64,000 bases of DNA, from contig NW_027139268.1 in assembly GCF_035084215.1 (NCBI RefSeq), positions 62,001 to 126,000 on the forward strand, read 5' to 3'. The number at the start of each line of letters is the position of its first letter. Position 1 is the stretch's first letter. Of the stretch, positions 12,597 through 25,997 are shown in pieces. A model generated the notes under the pieces. The model saw only the letters and a list, made by a program, of their open reading frames with translations. It was not told where the DNA came from and made no database searches. The translations under genes and the position numbers were made by a program. This stretch comes from Heptranchias perlo (lineage: Eukaryota).

Positions 12597-12708
12597 CTGT
12601 CAAAGGAACAATTAAAGGGATGGGTTAATAAACATTTACAAACAGTCCCAACTGATCAAAGTGAAGCCCATTCAGATAGTGAAAATCTCCAGACGTCCAC
12701 TGCATTAT

Positions 12709-13377
12709 AAGAACATAAGAAATTGGAGCAGGAGTCGGCCAATCGGCCCCTCGAGCCTGCTCCGCCATTCAATAAGATCATGGCTGATCTGATGCCAACC
12801 ACAAATCTAAAGAACACAAGAAGTCGGAGCAGGACCCGGCCACATAGCCCCTGGGCCCTCTCCGCCACCCACAGGGCATTGACCGATCCGAACTCAGCTT
12901 CATGTCCAATTTCCTGCCCGCTCCCCATAACCCCTAATTCCCTTTACTTCTAGGAAACTGTCTATTTCTGTTTTAAATTTATCTAATGATGTAGCTTCCA
13001 CAGCTTCCTGGGGCAGCAAATTCCACAGACCTACCACCCTCTGAGTGAAGAAGTTTCTCCTCATCTCAGTTTTGAAAGAGCAGCCCCTTATTCTAAGATT
13101 ATGCCCCCTAGTTCTAGTTTCACCCATCTTTGGGAACATCCTTACTGCATCCACCCGATCAAGACCCTTCACAATCTTATATGTTTCAATAAGATCGCCT
13201 CTCATTCTTCTGAACTCCAATGAGTAGAGTCCCAATCTACTCAACCTCTCCTCATATGTCCGCCCCCTCATCCCCGGGATTAACCGAGTGAACCTTCTTT
13301 GTACTGCCTCGAGAACAAGTATGTCTTTTCTTAAGTATGGAGACCAAAACTGTATGCAGTATTCCAGTATGCAGTAT
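12709..13377 (-). mobile_element. 5'-truncated young CR1, gene A intron 1 only
   Basis: ORF 12900-13382 is near-identical to the 3554-4057 ORF; empty site TGCATTAT|CTCAATG at ~41934. Confidence 0.92.
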
Positions 13378-13419
13378 CTCAATGTCAGAATCCTGTCTGT
13401 ATGATAAACAGGGGATCAC

Positions 13420-14255
13420 TGCAGTGTGGGAGGGACAAGCAGCAGAGTTTTGGATGAGCTCAAGTTTACGGAGGGTGGAAGGTGGGAGGCCGGCCAGGAA
13501 AGCAATGGGATAGTCACGTCTAGAGATAGCAAAGGAATGGAGGAGGGTTTCAGCAGCAGAAGGGCTGAGGCAGGGGGGGAGACGGGCGATGTTACAGAGG
13601 TGGAAGTCGGCGGTCTTGTTGATGGAGAGGAGATGGGGTCAGAAGCTCATCTCAGGGTCAAATAGGACGTTGAGTTTGTGAACAGTCTGGTTCAGCCTCA
13701 GACAGTGGTCAGGGAGAGGGATGGAATCAGAAGTGAGGGAACGGAGTTTGTACCGGGGCCCGAAGAAAATGGAGCCGGTCTTCCCAATGTTTAATTGGAG
13801 GAAATTGAGGCTCATCCAGGACTTTGTTGGAGAAGCAGCGTGAGAACACTGAGGCAGTGGAGGGGTCGAGGGAGGTGGTGGTGAGGTAGAGCTGGGTGAG
13901 GTCAGTGTAGATGCAGAACCTGACGTCTTGTCTTCAGATGATGTCGTCAAGAGGCAGCATATAGATGAGAAATAAGAAGGGGCCAAAGATTGATCCTTGG
14001 AGGACTCCAGAGGTAACGGTGTGGGAATGGGAATGGGATGGGAAGAGAAGCCATTGCAGGATATTGTCTACGAGTGGATAGGCAAAAGGCTACAGAGAGG
14101 TGGAGAAGGATGAGGAGGGATAGTTCACCATGGTTACAGTCTCAGAGAATGTCATTTGTGACTTTGATAAGGGCCGTTTCAGTACTGTGAAAGAGACGGG
14201 AACCTGATTGGAGAGATTCAAACATGGACTTGCGGGAAAGATGGCCACGGATTTG
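13420..14255 (-). mobile_element. Degenerate L2 LINE RT fragment (paralog ~41975-42550)
   Basis: QSG..HSTETALIKVTNDIL, WMSLNFLQLNIGKT, LGVLFD-like motifs. Confidence 0.8.
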
Positions 14256-14504
14256 GGAATTGTAATCACACCAGGGAACATCGAGCAGATCTAAAAAAAA
14301 AGCAACTGCAATCAGTACTGAAGAAAATGAATCTTCAGACAAGACAACGCCCAGGCAGGCAGCAGAAAGTTCCTTTAAGTAACTGAGACTTTCAGAAACC
14401 AAGAGCTCCTTTTAATTGTTTCTGCCTCAACTTTCTGGGCAAAAATGGAAGAAAACAGAATCTGATTGGTTCAAATCTGACACTCCAAATGATCTCATGG
14501 TTCA

Positions 14505-17500
14505 AACCGACAATCCCCAATCACACCGACAATCCCCAATCACACCGACAATCCCCAATCATACCGACAATCCCCAATCACACCGACAATCCCCAATCAC
14601 ACCGACAATCCCCAATCACACCCACAATCTCCAATCACACCGACAATCCCCAATCACACCGACAATCCCCAATCACACCGACAATCTCCAATCACACCGA
14701 CAATCTCCAATCACACCGACAATCCCCAATCACACCGACAATCTCCAATCACACCCACAATCTCCAATCACACCGACAATCCCCAATCACACCCACAATC
14801 CCCAATCACACCGACAATCTCCAATCACGCCGACAATCTCCAATCTCACCGCCAATCCCCAATCACACCCACAATCTCCAATCACACCGACAATCCCCAA
14901 TCACACCGACAATCCCCAATCCCCAATCACACCGACAATCCCCAATCACACCGACAATCCCCAATCACACCGACAATCTCCAATCACACCGACAATCTCC
15001 AATCACGCCGACAATCTCCAATCACGCCGACAATCCCCAATCACGCCGACAATCTCCAATCACGCCGACAATCCCCAATCACGCCGACAATCCCCAATCA
15101 CGCCGACAATCCCCAATCACGCCGACAATCCCCAATCACATCGACAATCCCCAATCACGCCGACAATCCCCAATCACGCCGACAATCTCCAATCCCCAAT
15201 CACACCGACAATCCCCAATCACACCGACAATCCCCAATCACACCGACAATCTCCAATCTCACCGCCAATCCCCAATCACACCGACAATCTCCAATCACAC
15301 CGACAATCCCCAATCACACCGACAATCTCCAATCACACCGACAATCCCCAATCACACCGACAATCCCCAATCACACCGACAATCCCCAATCACACCGACA
15401 ATCCCCAATCACACCCACAATCCCCAATCACACCCACAATCCCCAATCACACCGACCATCCGCAATCACACCGACAATCCCCAATCAGACCGACAATCCC
15501 CAATCACACCGACAATGCCCAATCACACCGACAATCCCCAATCACACCGACAATCCCCAATCACACCGACAATCCCCAATCACACCGACAATCCCCAATC
15601 ACACCGACAATCCCCAATCACACCGACAATCCCCAATCACACCGACAATCCCCAATAACATCGACAATGTCCAATCACGCCGACCATCCCCAATCACACC
15701 GACCATCCGCAATCACACCGACAATCCCCAATCACACCGACAATCTCCAATCACACCGACAATCCCCAATCACACCGACAATCCCCAATCACACCGACAA
15801 TCCCCAATCCCCAATCACACCGACAATCCCCAATCACACCGACAATCCCCAATCACATCGACAATCCCCAATCACACCGACAATCCCCAATCCCCAATCA
15901 CGCCGACAATCCCCAATCACACCGACAATCCCCAATCACACCGACAATCCCCAATCACACCGACAATCTCCAATCACACCGACAATCCCCAATCCCCAAT
16001 CACGCCGACAATCCCCAATCACACCGACAATCCCCAATCACACCGACAATCTCCAATCACGCCGACAATCCCCAATCACGCCGACAATCCCCAATCACGC
16101 CGACAATCCCCAATCACGCCGACAATCGCCAATCACACCGACAATCTCCAATCACACCGACAATCCCCAATCACACCGACAATCCCCAATCACACCGACA
16201 ATCTCCAATCACACCGACAATCTCCAATCACACCGACAATCCCCAATCACACCCACAATCTCCAATCACACCCACAATCTCCAATCACACCGACAATCCC
16301 CAATCACACCCACAATCTCCAATCACACCGACAATCTCCAATCACACCGACAATCTCCAATCACACCGACAATCCCCAATCACACCGACAATCTCCAATC
16401 ACACCGACAATCCCCAATCACACCGACAATCCCCAATCACACCGACAATCCCCAATCACACCGACAATCTCCAATCACACCGACAATTCCCAATCACACC
16501 GACAATCTCCAATCACGCCGACAATCCCCAATCCCCAATCACACTGACAATCCCCAATCACACCGACAATCCCCAATCACACCGACAATCCCCAATCACA
16601 CCGACAATTCCCAATCACACCGACAATCTCCAATCACACCGACAATCCCCAATCACACCGACAATCTCCAATCACACCGACAATCCCCAATCACACCGAC
16701 AATCCCCAATCACACCGACAATCCCCAATCACACCGACAATCCCCAATCACACCGACAATCCCCAATCACACCGACAATCCCCAATCACACCGACAATCC
16801 CCAATCACACCCACAATCCCCAATCACACCGACAATCTCCAATCACACCGACAATCCCCAATCACACCGACAATCCCCAATCACACCGACAATCCCCAAT
16901 CACACCGACAATCCCCAATCACACCGACAATCCCCAATCACACCGACAATGCCCAATCACACCGACAATCCCCAATCACACCGACAATCCCCAATCACAC
17001 CGACAATCCCCAATCACACCGACAATCCCCAATCACACCGACAATCCCCAATCACACCGACAATCCCCAATCACACCGACAATCCCCAATAACATCGACA
17101 ATGTCCAATCACGCCGACCATCCCCAATCACACCGACCATCCGCAATCACACCGACAATCCCCAATCACACCGACAATCTCCAATCACACCGACAATCCC
17201 CAATCACACCGACAATCCCCAATCACACCGACAATCCCCAATCCCCAATCACACCGACAATCCCCAATCACACCGACAATCCCCAATCACATCGACAATC
17301 CCCAATCACGCCGACAATCTCCAATCACACCGACAATCCCCAATCCCCAATCACGCCGACAATCCCCAATCACACCGACAATCCCCAATCACACCGACAA
17401 TCCCCAATCACGCCGACAATCCCCAATCACGCCGACAATCCCCAATCACGCCGACAATCCCCAATCACACCGACAATCTCCAATCACACCGACAATCCCC

Positions 17501-18528
17501 AATCACACCGACAATCCCCAATCACACCGACAATCTCCAATCACACCGACAATCTCCAATCACACCGACAATCCCCAATCACACCCACAATCTCCAATCA
17601 CACCCACAATCTCCAATCACACCGACAATCCCCAATCACACCCACAATCTCCAATCACACCGACAATCTCCAATCACACCGATAATCTCCAATCACACCG
17701 ACAATCCCCAATCACACCGACAATCTCCAATCACACCGACAATCCCCAATCACACCGACAATCCCCAATCACACCGACAATCCCCAATCACACCGACAAT
17801 CTCCAATCACACCGACAATTCCCAATCACACCGACAATCTCCAATCACGCCGACAATCCCCAATCCCCAATCACACCGACAATCCCCAATCACACCGACA
17901 ATCCCCAATCACACCGACAATCCCCAATCACACCGACAATTCCCAATCACACCGACAATCTCCAATCACACCGACAATCCCCAATCACACCGACAATCTC
18001 CAATCACACCGACAATCCCCAATCACACCGACAATCCCCAATCACACCGACAATCCCCAATCACACCGACAATCCCCAATCACACCGACAATCCCCAATC
18101 ACACCGACAATCCCCAATCACACCGACAATCCCCAATCACACCGACAATTCCCAATCACACCGACAATCTCCAATCACACCGACAATCCCCAATCACACC
18201 GACAATCTCCAATCACACCGACAATCCCCAATCACACCGACAATCCCCAATCACACCGACAATCTCCAATCACACCGACAATCCCCAATCACACCGACAA
18301 TCCCCAATCACACCGACAATCCCCAATCACACCGACAATCCCCAATCACACCGACAATCTCCAATCACACCGACAATCCCCAATCACACCGACAATCCCC
18401 AATCACACCGACAATCCCCAATCACACCGACAATCCCCAATCACACCGACAATCTCCAATCACACCGACAATCACCAATCACACCGACAATTCCCAATCA
18501 CATCGACAATCCCCAATCACACCGACAA
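14505..18528. repeat. 19-bp minisatellite (CCGACAATCYCCAATCACR), ~210 units, gene A intron 1
   Basis: Direct tandem repeats. Confidence 0.98.
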
Positions 18529-19516
18529 CTGTGCCAATGCAAAAAAATCATATTTCTTTTTCTAAAACAGCGACAATCGAACCCACGTGTTCGCAGGTCG
18601 GGGTATGTAGTCGGAACAGAGGAATAAATGTCGGACAATGGCCTATTGAGCCTCCAGTGAGATTTCTTGTTGCCATGGTAGCTGGAACTCGAATCCCAAT
18701 TCTCTCTCCTTTCTCCATATTCCTTAATGCCATTATTTCCCATGTAAACATCCCTCTCCTTGTTACACACCCAGTGGATGTTGTTAGGACAGCAAGTCCC
18801 ACATTGTCACACTGTTTGTGAGCAGCAAATGTTCTTATGTTCACTTTTACTCAGCTCAGCTCAAATGATGTCCTCTGTTGANNNNNNNNNNNNNNNNNNN
18901 NNNNNNNNNNNNNNNNNNNNNNNNNNNNNNNNNNNNNNNNNNNNNNNNNNNNNNNNNNNNNNNNNNNNNNNNNNNNNNNNNNNNNNNNNNNNNNNNNNNN
19001 NNNNNNNNNNNNNNNNNNNNNNNNNNNNNNNNNNNNNNNNNNNNNNNNNNNNNNNNNNNAGAGAGACAGATTGAGATAAACAGGGAGAGAGAGAGAGATA
19101 CAGACAGACACTCAGAGAGAGAAAGAGACAGAGAGAAAGAGAGACAGAGAGAGAGATTGAGAGAGACAGAAAGAGAGAGAAAGACACACACTCAGAGATA
19201 GAAAGAGAAAGGGAGAGAGAGCGACAGAGAGAGATAGAAAGAGACTGCAAAATAGAGAGAGAGAGAGATTGAGCGAGACAGAGAGACAGAGAGAGAGTGA
19301 TGAGGAGAGAGAGATATGGAGAGGAAAAAATACAAAGCTGGACAGACAAAGTGAGCTCTCCCGTGTGAGTGCAATATACCGACACACATTCCCCGCACTC
19401 ACAGACAGTCCCACCCCCAGGAAAATCCCAGGGAATTTGCTGCCCAGACCCTGAGCTGGAGAAGTGAAAGTGGCAGAGAAAGAGAGTGAGATTGGAAGGA
19501 TGAATTCTGTACTTAC

Positions 19517-19568
19517 CGGGAGAGACCCGGGAAAAACACAGGGATATGGAGAAAAGGATCAGCAGCAT
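19517..19568 (-). CDS. MHC class I-like gene A, exon 1 (leader) MLLILFSISLCFSRVSP
   Basis: ATG at 19568; hydrophobic 17-aa signal peptide; 52-nt exon ending CCC G|GTAAGT (phase 1); identical coding copy at 51805-51856. Confidence 0.88.
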
Positions 19569-19754
19569 TCTGGGAATCCACGGCCTCTATTCCAATCAGT
19601 GACTGGGAATAAAATACTCAGAGAGGGACCGATCGAGCGTTTATTGACTGAACAAAACACAAATAAAACAAGAATCTCTCAGACTCCATTTTACTGTTTA
19701 TCTCAAACTTTCTTCACTTCCTTGAACTCAAAGTGCAGAGTCTGAGGGTCAATG

Positions 19755-19820
19755 ATTGGGTATTTTACAGAAATAGAACCAATTAAATGGAGAAACAGTC
19801 ACCAGTCACCAGTTACCAGG
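19755..19820 (-). promoter_or_regulatory. Gene A promoter: X1 (RFX-like) box, Y box and downstream CCAAT
   Basis: Minus strand CCTGGTAACTGGTG (19820-19807), then ATTGG 37 nt after the X1 start (19783-19779), then CCAAT at 19759-19755; about 190-250 nt upstream of the ATG. Confidence 0.65.
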
Positions 19821-20082
19821 ACGATCAAACTCAGACAGGCTGAGAAACCGAGTGGAAGAGAGAGATTGAAGAGGCCTCCGACACCAGGTCCATTTTAAAG
19901 GGAGGAGAGAGTGGGATCTTGGGCTCCCCACTCACAGGAAACACATTGAGAACGGGCCATCCCCAGGAACTGTGAAACTGACTCTGCTCTGGGCTGGAGT
20001 TAGACCACAAACAGGAACAGTTAGACACAACCTTTAATATAGTGAATATCACAAGGGAATTCACAGAGGAGAAACACACGGA

Positions 20083-20730
20083 GCAGGAGGAGAGTGAGGG
20101 GAGAGGGTCAAACTAACAGGAGGAGAGTGAGGGGAGAGGGTCAAACTAACAGGAGGAGAGTGAGGGGAGAGGGTCAAACTAACAGGGGGAGAGTGAGGAG
20201 AGAGGGTCAAACTAACAGGAGGAGAGTGAGGGGAGAGGGTCAAACTAACAGGAGGAGAGTGAGGGGAGAGGGTCAAACTAACAGGAGGAGAGTGAGGGGA
20301 GAGGGTCAAACTAACAGGGGGAGAGTGAGGGGAGAGGGTCAAACTAACAGGAGGAGAGTGAGGGGAGAGGGTCAAACTAACAGGGGGAGAGTGAGGGGAG
20401 AGGGTCAAACTAACAGTGGGAGAGTGAGGGGAGAGGGTCAAACTAACAGGGGGAGAGTGAGGGGAGAGGGTCAAACTAACAGTGGGAGAGTGAGGGGAGA
20501 GGGTCAAACTAACAGGGGGAGAGTGAGGGGAGAGGATCAAACTAACAAAGGGAGAGTGAGGGGAGAGGGTCAAACTAACAGGGGGAGAGTGAGGGGAGAG
20601 GCTCAAACTAACAGGAGGAGAGTGAGGGGAGAGGGTCAAACTAACAGGGGGAGAGTGAGGGGAGAGGGTCAAATTAACAGGAGGAGTGTGAGGGGAGAGG
20701 GTCAAACTAACAGGAGGGGGAGAGTGAGTG
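20083..20730. repeat. 30-bp minisatellite upstream of the promoter, ~21 units (~15 units at 52371-52812)
   Basis: GAGTGAGGGGAGAGGGTCAAACTAACAGGR. Confidence 0.95.
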
Positions 20731-22245
20731 GAGGTGGATACCTGAGTGTGAGTCACAGCCTGGACTCTAATTGAGGGGTTCACATGGTTTAAATATGATC
20801 CACTCCCACAGTTTCGTTGAAAGTAATTCTCCGATTTCCCTTTTCCCGATTGTTTCATGTGTTATAAACCTCTCTGGCACCTCCTTTCCAGGCTGAAGAG
20901 CCCAAGTCTCTCTGGTCTTTCCTCACAACTCAGAGCCCTGACACGGGGGACCAGCCTGGTGGCTCCTCTCTGCACTGCCCCCAGTGTCTGAGTGTCTCCC
21001 CTGTGTCTCAGTGACCAGACCCGGACACAGTACTAGTAAGAACACTGGGGTCCATGGGTTGACCATCCAGCCGAGGTCTCGGACTGAATGGGGCTTCAGT
21101 TTGGCCCATGGACGGCCTTCCATCACCCAGTTGTGATTAACTTTGAGTTGACCTCACCAGCTGCCGATTACAAGATCCACAAGCTGCTGAGTGAATGAAT
21201 TAACCCTTTCTTGCCAAATCATCAAAGAAGGATTCAGACAACAAGTCATCAATCAACAAATATTTATTGACTCCAAGACACAATTATCACCACTTAAAGA
21301 TAAACATTGAGTATTGAAATAATAAGAGATAAAGTTACTGACAGTGTCACCCAGCGAATTTGAATAATAAATAATGAACAGACGGAGTTAGTTCAGGAAA
21401 TGGGTGACAGAGATTGTAAAGACAGCTCAGTGTCTCACTGGAATTCACCATGAACTGGGTTACTCATTGTCAAATTATAGCTGAGATTAGAGCCTGAGAC
21501 GGGTATCAATTGGGGAGATTAAATTCCGAGTAACTCCTTCGATCACTGACAAGTTACCAGCATTGACTGGTCAGTTTATTGAGTAGGTTAGGGTCTGTGT
21601 ACTGGTGGGGAGCAATGTTTCCAGAGCTGAAACGACCGTGTCCTCATGAGCGGGTTGGTTCAGTTGATCTCCTCCCCTGGGACGGGGAACGTTGAATTGG
21701 TGACAGGGTTTCTGTTCCACTTGAATCCTCCGTTCTGTTTGAACCCACCTCACACACGAGAGACTGGGTCTGTGCTCACTGACTCACCTCGAACCATCCT
21801 TGATCTCACACAACCTGTACAGTTCAGTGACACTCTTATTTCTGACTGTAACTGGCTCGTACAGTCATACAACCTGACTTCTGTAACCTTTAACTCTCTG
21901 TCCTGATATACTATGTACTTGTAAAGGTCGCCTTCTACATCTGTTGGAGACAAACAGAACATAGTGAGAGATGAGCCATGCTCCCTCTTGTATACCTTCA
22001 ATTTAAATTAAACCCCCTTCCATTCAATTCACCAATCTGGTCACACATGTATCTGAAGGGTGCACCCTCTCGGTATCAATCACGTCTAACAGCCATCGAA
22101 GTGTTCTCGAAGACCTCGAGGTTAATGAGGCCTGGATCCCTGGGCAAACCCAACCATACAACCACTCCCCTAACATCTCAATCTTTCTCCAACAAAGGTC
22201 CTCGTCAGGCCCAGATGAGGAGCCATCTCTGGGCATTAATATAGA

Positions 22246-22560
22246 ACATTGTATCGATATCTGTCTGTATAGATCTCTCTCTATCCATTAGTTTATGTCT
22301 TTGCATATACTGATGTATCTCACATTGTATCTATATCTGTCTGTATTGATCTCTCTCTATCCATTAGTTTATGTCTGTGTATATACTGATGAATCTCACA
22401 TTGTATCGATATCTGTCTGTATAGATCTCTCTCTATCCATTAGTTTATGTCTGTGTATAAACTGATGTATCTCACATTGTATCTATATCTGTCTGTATTG
22501 ATCTCTCTCTATCCATTAGTTTATGTCTGTGTATATACTGATGTATCTCACATTGTATCT
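22246..22560. repeat. 76-bp minisatellite, ~4 units (paralog ~53630-53885)
   Basis: CATTGTATCKATATCTGTCTGTAT...CTGATGTATCTCA. Confidence 0.88.
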
Positions 22561-22629
22561 CCGTCTCTCTGTGTTCCTTTATCTATCTTCCTATTTTTAT
22601 CTCACTCTGTCTGGATTTGTCTCCCCACA

Positions 22630-23210
22630 AAAGACCCTGTTTTCTGCCTGTGAAACTTGGACAATATATTCACGTCACATTAAGAAAGGGACTCACTTTC
22701 CCCTCAGCTCCCTGAGACGACTAATGAAGATCAGATTGCAGGAGAAGATCCCTGACACCAAAGTCCTTCAAAAAGCTGAGATGCCGAGTATCGATGCTCT
22801 GATGGTGAGGACACGGCTACAATGGTCAGCTCATGTGGTGCGAGTGTCTGATGATCAAATCCTGAAGATGTTCTTTTATCGCACGTTGTCAACTGGGAAA
22901 CGATTTTGTGATGTTCAGCAAAAGGGACACAAAGACTGCTTAAAAGCAACTCTGAAACTGTACAAAATAGACGTCCATAAATGAGAACAAGTTGCTGAAG
23001 ATAAGAAGCCTGGGGAGGAACCATCCATGAAGACCCCTCCCACTATCAGGCCCATCACATTGCTGATGCTCAATGGAAACGGCAGCTGAGGGAATCTCGG
23101 CTGAAAAATCCAGATTCCCGACCGGGTGTATCGGTGACCCACTGTTCAATCTGTAATCACTCATTCACAGCAAATATAGGTCTCCATCATCAAAGGACTC
23201 ACTGCAGGAA
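22630..23210 (+). mobile_element. RTE/BovB-like LINE 3' fragment (paralog ~53950-54530)
   Basis: ACETWT..LRRLMKI..RLQWSAHVVR..LKATLK pattern of the RTE ORF C-terminus. Confidence 0.78.
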
Positions 23211-23212
23211 AT

Positions 23213-24059
23213 AAGAACATAAGAACAGAAGAAATAGGAGCAGGAGTAGGCCAATCGGCCCCTCGAGCCTGCTCCGCCATTCGATAAGATCATGGCTGAT
23301 CTGATCCTAACCTCAAATCTAAATTCATGTCCAATTTCCTGCCCGCTCCCCGTAACCCCTAATTCCCTTTACTTCTAGGAAACTGTCGATTTCTGTTTTA
23401 AATTTATTTAATGATGTAGCTTCCACAGCTTCCTGGGGCAGCAAATTCCACAGACCCACCACCCTCTGAGTGAAGAAGTTTCTCCTCATCTCAGTTTTGA
23501 AAGAACAGCCCCTTATTCTAAGATTATGCCCCCCAGTTCTAGTTTCACCCATCCTTGGGAACATCCTCACCGCATCCACCCGATCAAGCCCCTTCACAAT
23601 CTTATATGTTTCAATAAGATCGCCTCTCATTCTTCTGAACTCCAATGAGTAGAGTCCCAATCTACTCAACCTCTCCTCAAATGTCCACCCCCTCATCCCT
23701 GGGATAAACCGAGTGAACCTTCTTTGGACTGCCTCGAGAGCAAGTATGTCTTTTCTTAAGTATGGAGACCAAAACTGTATGCAGTATTCCAGGTGCGGTC
23801 TCACCAATACCTTATATAACTGCAGCAATACCTCCCTGTTTTTATATTCTATCCCCCGAGCAATAAAAGCCAACATTCCGTTGGCCTTCTTGATCACCTG
23901 CTGCACCTGCACACTAACTTTTTGATTTTCTTGCACTAGGACCCCCAGATCCCTTTGTACTGCAGTACTTTCCAGTTTCTCACCATTAAGATAATAACTT
24001 GCTCTCTGATTTTTCCTGCCAAAGTGCATAACCTCACATTTTCCAATATTGTATTGCAT
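23213..24059 (-). mobile_element. 5'-truncated young CR1 between genes A and B only
   Basis: Open 244-aa ORF2 C-terminus; empty site CAGGAAAT|GAGCTG at ~54534. Confidence 0.93.
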
Positions 24060-24419
24060 GAGCTGATATTCTGTGTGTCTTCTGCGATATGGAAGGAGGA
24101 GTGACGATGATGGGCACGTTTCACACTAGTACAGGTGAGTCCAGTTACCCAGCAACAAGGTTCTGTGAACATCCTGCAGTGGTTTACAGTGAACTGACGA
24201 GGGAAGGAATGGAGAGGCACAAGGCAATCGGTTAAAGCCAGCCTGAGGAATGGGAAAGGAAGGGTTAAACATTTAATAATGGGACTGTCACTATCGGCTT
24301 GGTCAGGGTGTGACAGTGGGGTTTATATACAGCTTGGTGAGTGTGTAATAGTGATTGTGATCACCAAACATTAATGGACATTTAAAGAGATAAATATTAA
24401 TGGTACATTTAAGGTGGTA

Positions 24420-25370
24420 ATTAGAGAGTCTGACAGGTTTAATAGTGTGTGGGAGGGTGAGAGGGTCAGGGGGGAATGAGAGAGTGTGACAGGTTTAATA
24501 GTGTGTGGGAGGGTGAGAGAGGGTCAGGGGGGGAATTAGAGAGTCTGACAGGTTTAATAGTGTGTGGGAGGGTGAGAGAGGGTCAGGGGGGGAATTAGAG
24601 AGTCTGACAGGTTTAATAGTGTGTGGGAGGGTGAGAGAGGGTCAGGGGGGAATTAGAGAGTGTGACAGGTTTAATAGTGTGTGGGAGGGTGAGAGAGGGT
24701 CAGGGGGGAATTAGAGAGTGTGAGAGGTTTAATAGTGTGTGGGAGGGTGAGAGAGGGTCAGGGGGGAATTAGAGAGTCTGACACGTTTAATAGTGAGTGG
24801 GAGGGTGAGAGAGGGTCAGGGGGGAATTAGAGAGTGTGACAGGTTTAATAGTGAGTGGGAGGGTGAGAGAGGGTCAGGGGGGAATTAGAGAGTCTGACAC
24901 GTTTAATAGTGAGTGGGAGGGTGAGAGAGGGTCAGGGGGGAATTAGAGAGTGTGACAGGTTTAATAGTGAGTGGGAGGGTGAGAGAGGGTCAGGGGGGGA
25001 ATTAGAGAGTCTGACAGGTTTAATAGTGTGTGGGAGGGTGAGAGAGGGTCAGGGGGGGAATTAGAGAGTCTGACAGGTTTAATAGTGTGTGGGAGGGTGA
25101 GAGAGGGTCAGGGGGGGAATTAGAGAGTGTGACAGGTTTAATAGTGAGTGGGAGGGTGAGAGAGGGTCAGGGGGGGAATTAGAGAGTGTGACAGGTTTAA
25201 TAGTGTGTGGGAGGGTGAGAGAGGGTCAGGGGGGAATTAGAGAGTGTGACAGGTTTAATCGTGTGTGGGAGGGTGAGAGAGGGTCAGGGGGGGAATTAGA
25301 GAGTGTGACAGGTTTAATAGTGTGTGGGAGGGTGAGAGAGGGTCAGGGGGGGAATTAGAGAGTCGGACAG
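24420..25370. repeat. 58-59 bp minisatellite, ~16 units (paralog 54895-57180, split by the Penelope insertion)
   Basis: GAGTSTGACAGGTTTAATAGTGTGTGGGAGGGTGAGAGAGGGTCAGGGGGG(G)AATTAGA. Confidence 0.95.
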
Positions 25371-25827
25371 GCGGGAAAATCGAAAGTTTACTTACTGAAA
25401 GACTCACGGAGGAGAGCGATCAGAGACTTCAGAAGCTGTGAAAATAAAAACAGAATAAAAATAGAATGTGAGATTAAACCATCTCCCAGCATTCACGAAA
25501 CCACCTCAGACAGGAAGAATATTCACTGAGGGGAGGAACCCCCCCACCCCGAGTCAGTGAGTCCAGGGGAGGGGGTGAGGGACTGGAGGGGGTCCCTCCT
25601 GTGTAACTCCCCCCACCCCGAGTCAGTGAGTCCAGGGGAGGGGGTGAGGGACTGGAGATGTTCACAGTCTGATCTCTGTTTCCTGATTGATCCATTCTTC
25701 CTCATTAATGGATCAAACTGTCTGATGGACATTTTGTTTCTCTGCGCAGTTAATGTTCAAATCAGATTGTAAAATAATTCACCAACACATCAAAACAATG
25801 ACTCGGATTATCCGAGCTGTTGTTTTT

Positions 25828-25850
25828 TCAGTGTAAGAACGGACTGAACT
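25828..25850 (-). CDS. MHC class I-like gene B, predicted exon 7 coding part KFSPFLH*
   Basis: Next good acceptor (tatttccag|) gives an in-phase short tail ending TGA; conserved in copy C. Confidence 0.55.
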
Positions 25851-25997
25851 CTGGAAATACAGATTAAATATTTCACATTGTTTCTCTGCTGGATCGAGAA
25901 TCTCCTTCTGGAGAACTCCCAGGAGAATGAAATTCGACAACTTAATGTCCCTTATTATCCATTTCATCCCCAACAATCTGTCCCCTCCGTCACTTAC

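Noticed and set aside
19966-20063. ISRE-like (AGTTTCACAGTTCC) and NF-kB-like (GGGAATTCAC) sites
   Set aside because: Imperfect matches that are too short to support
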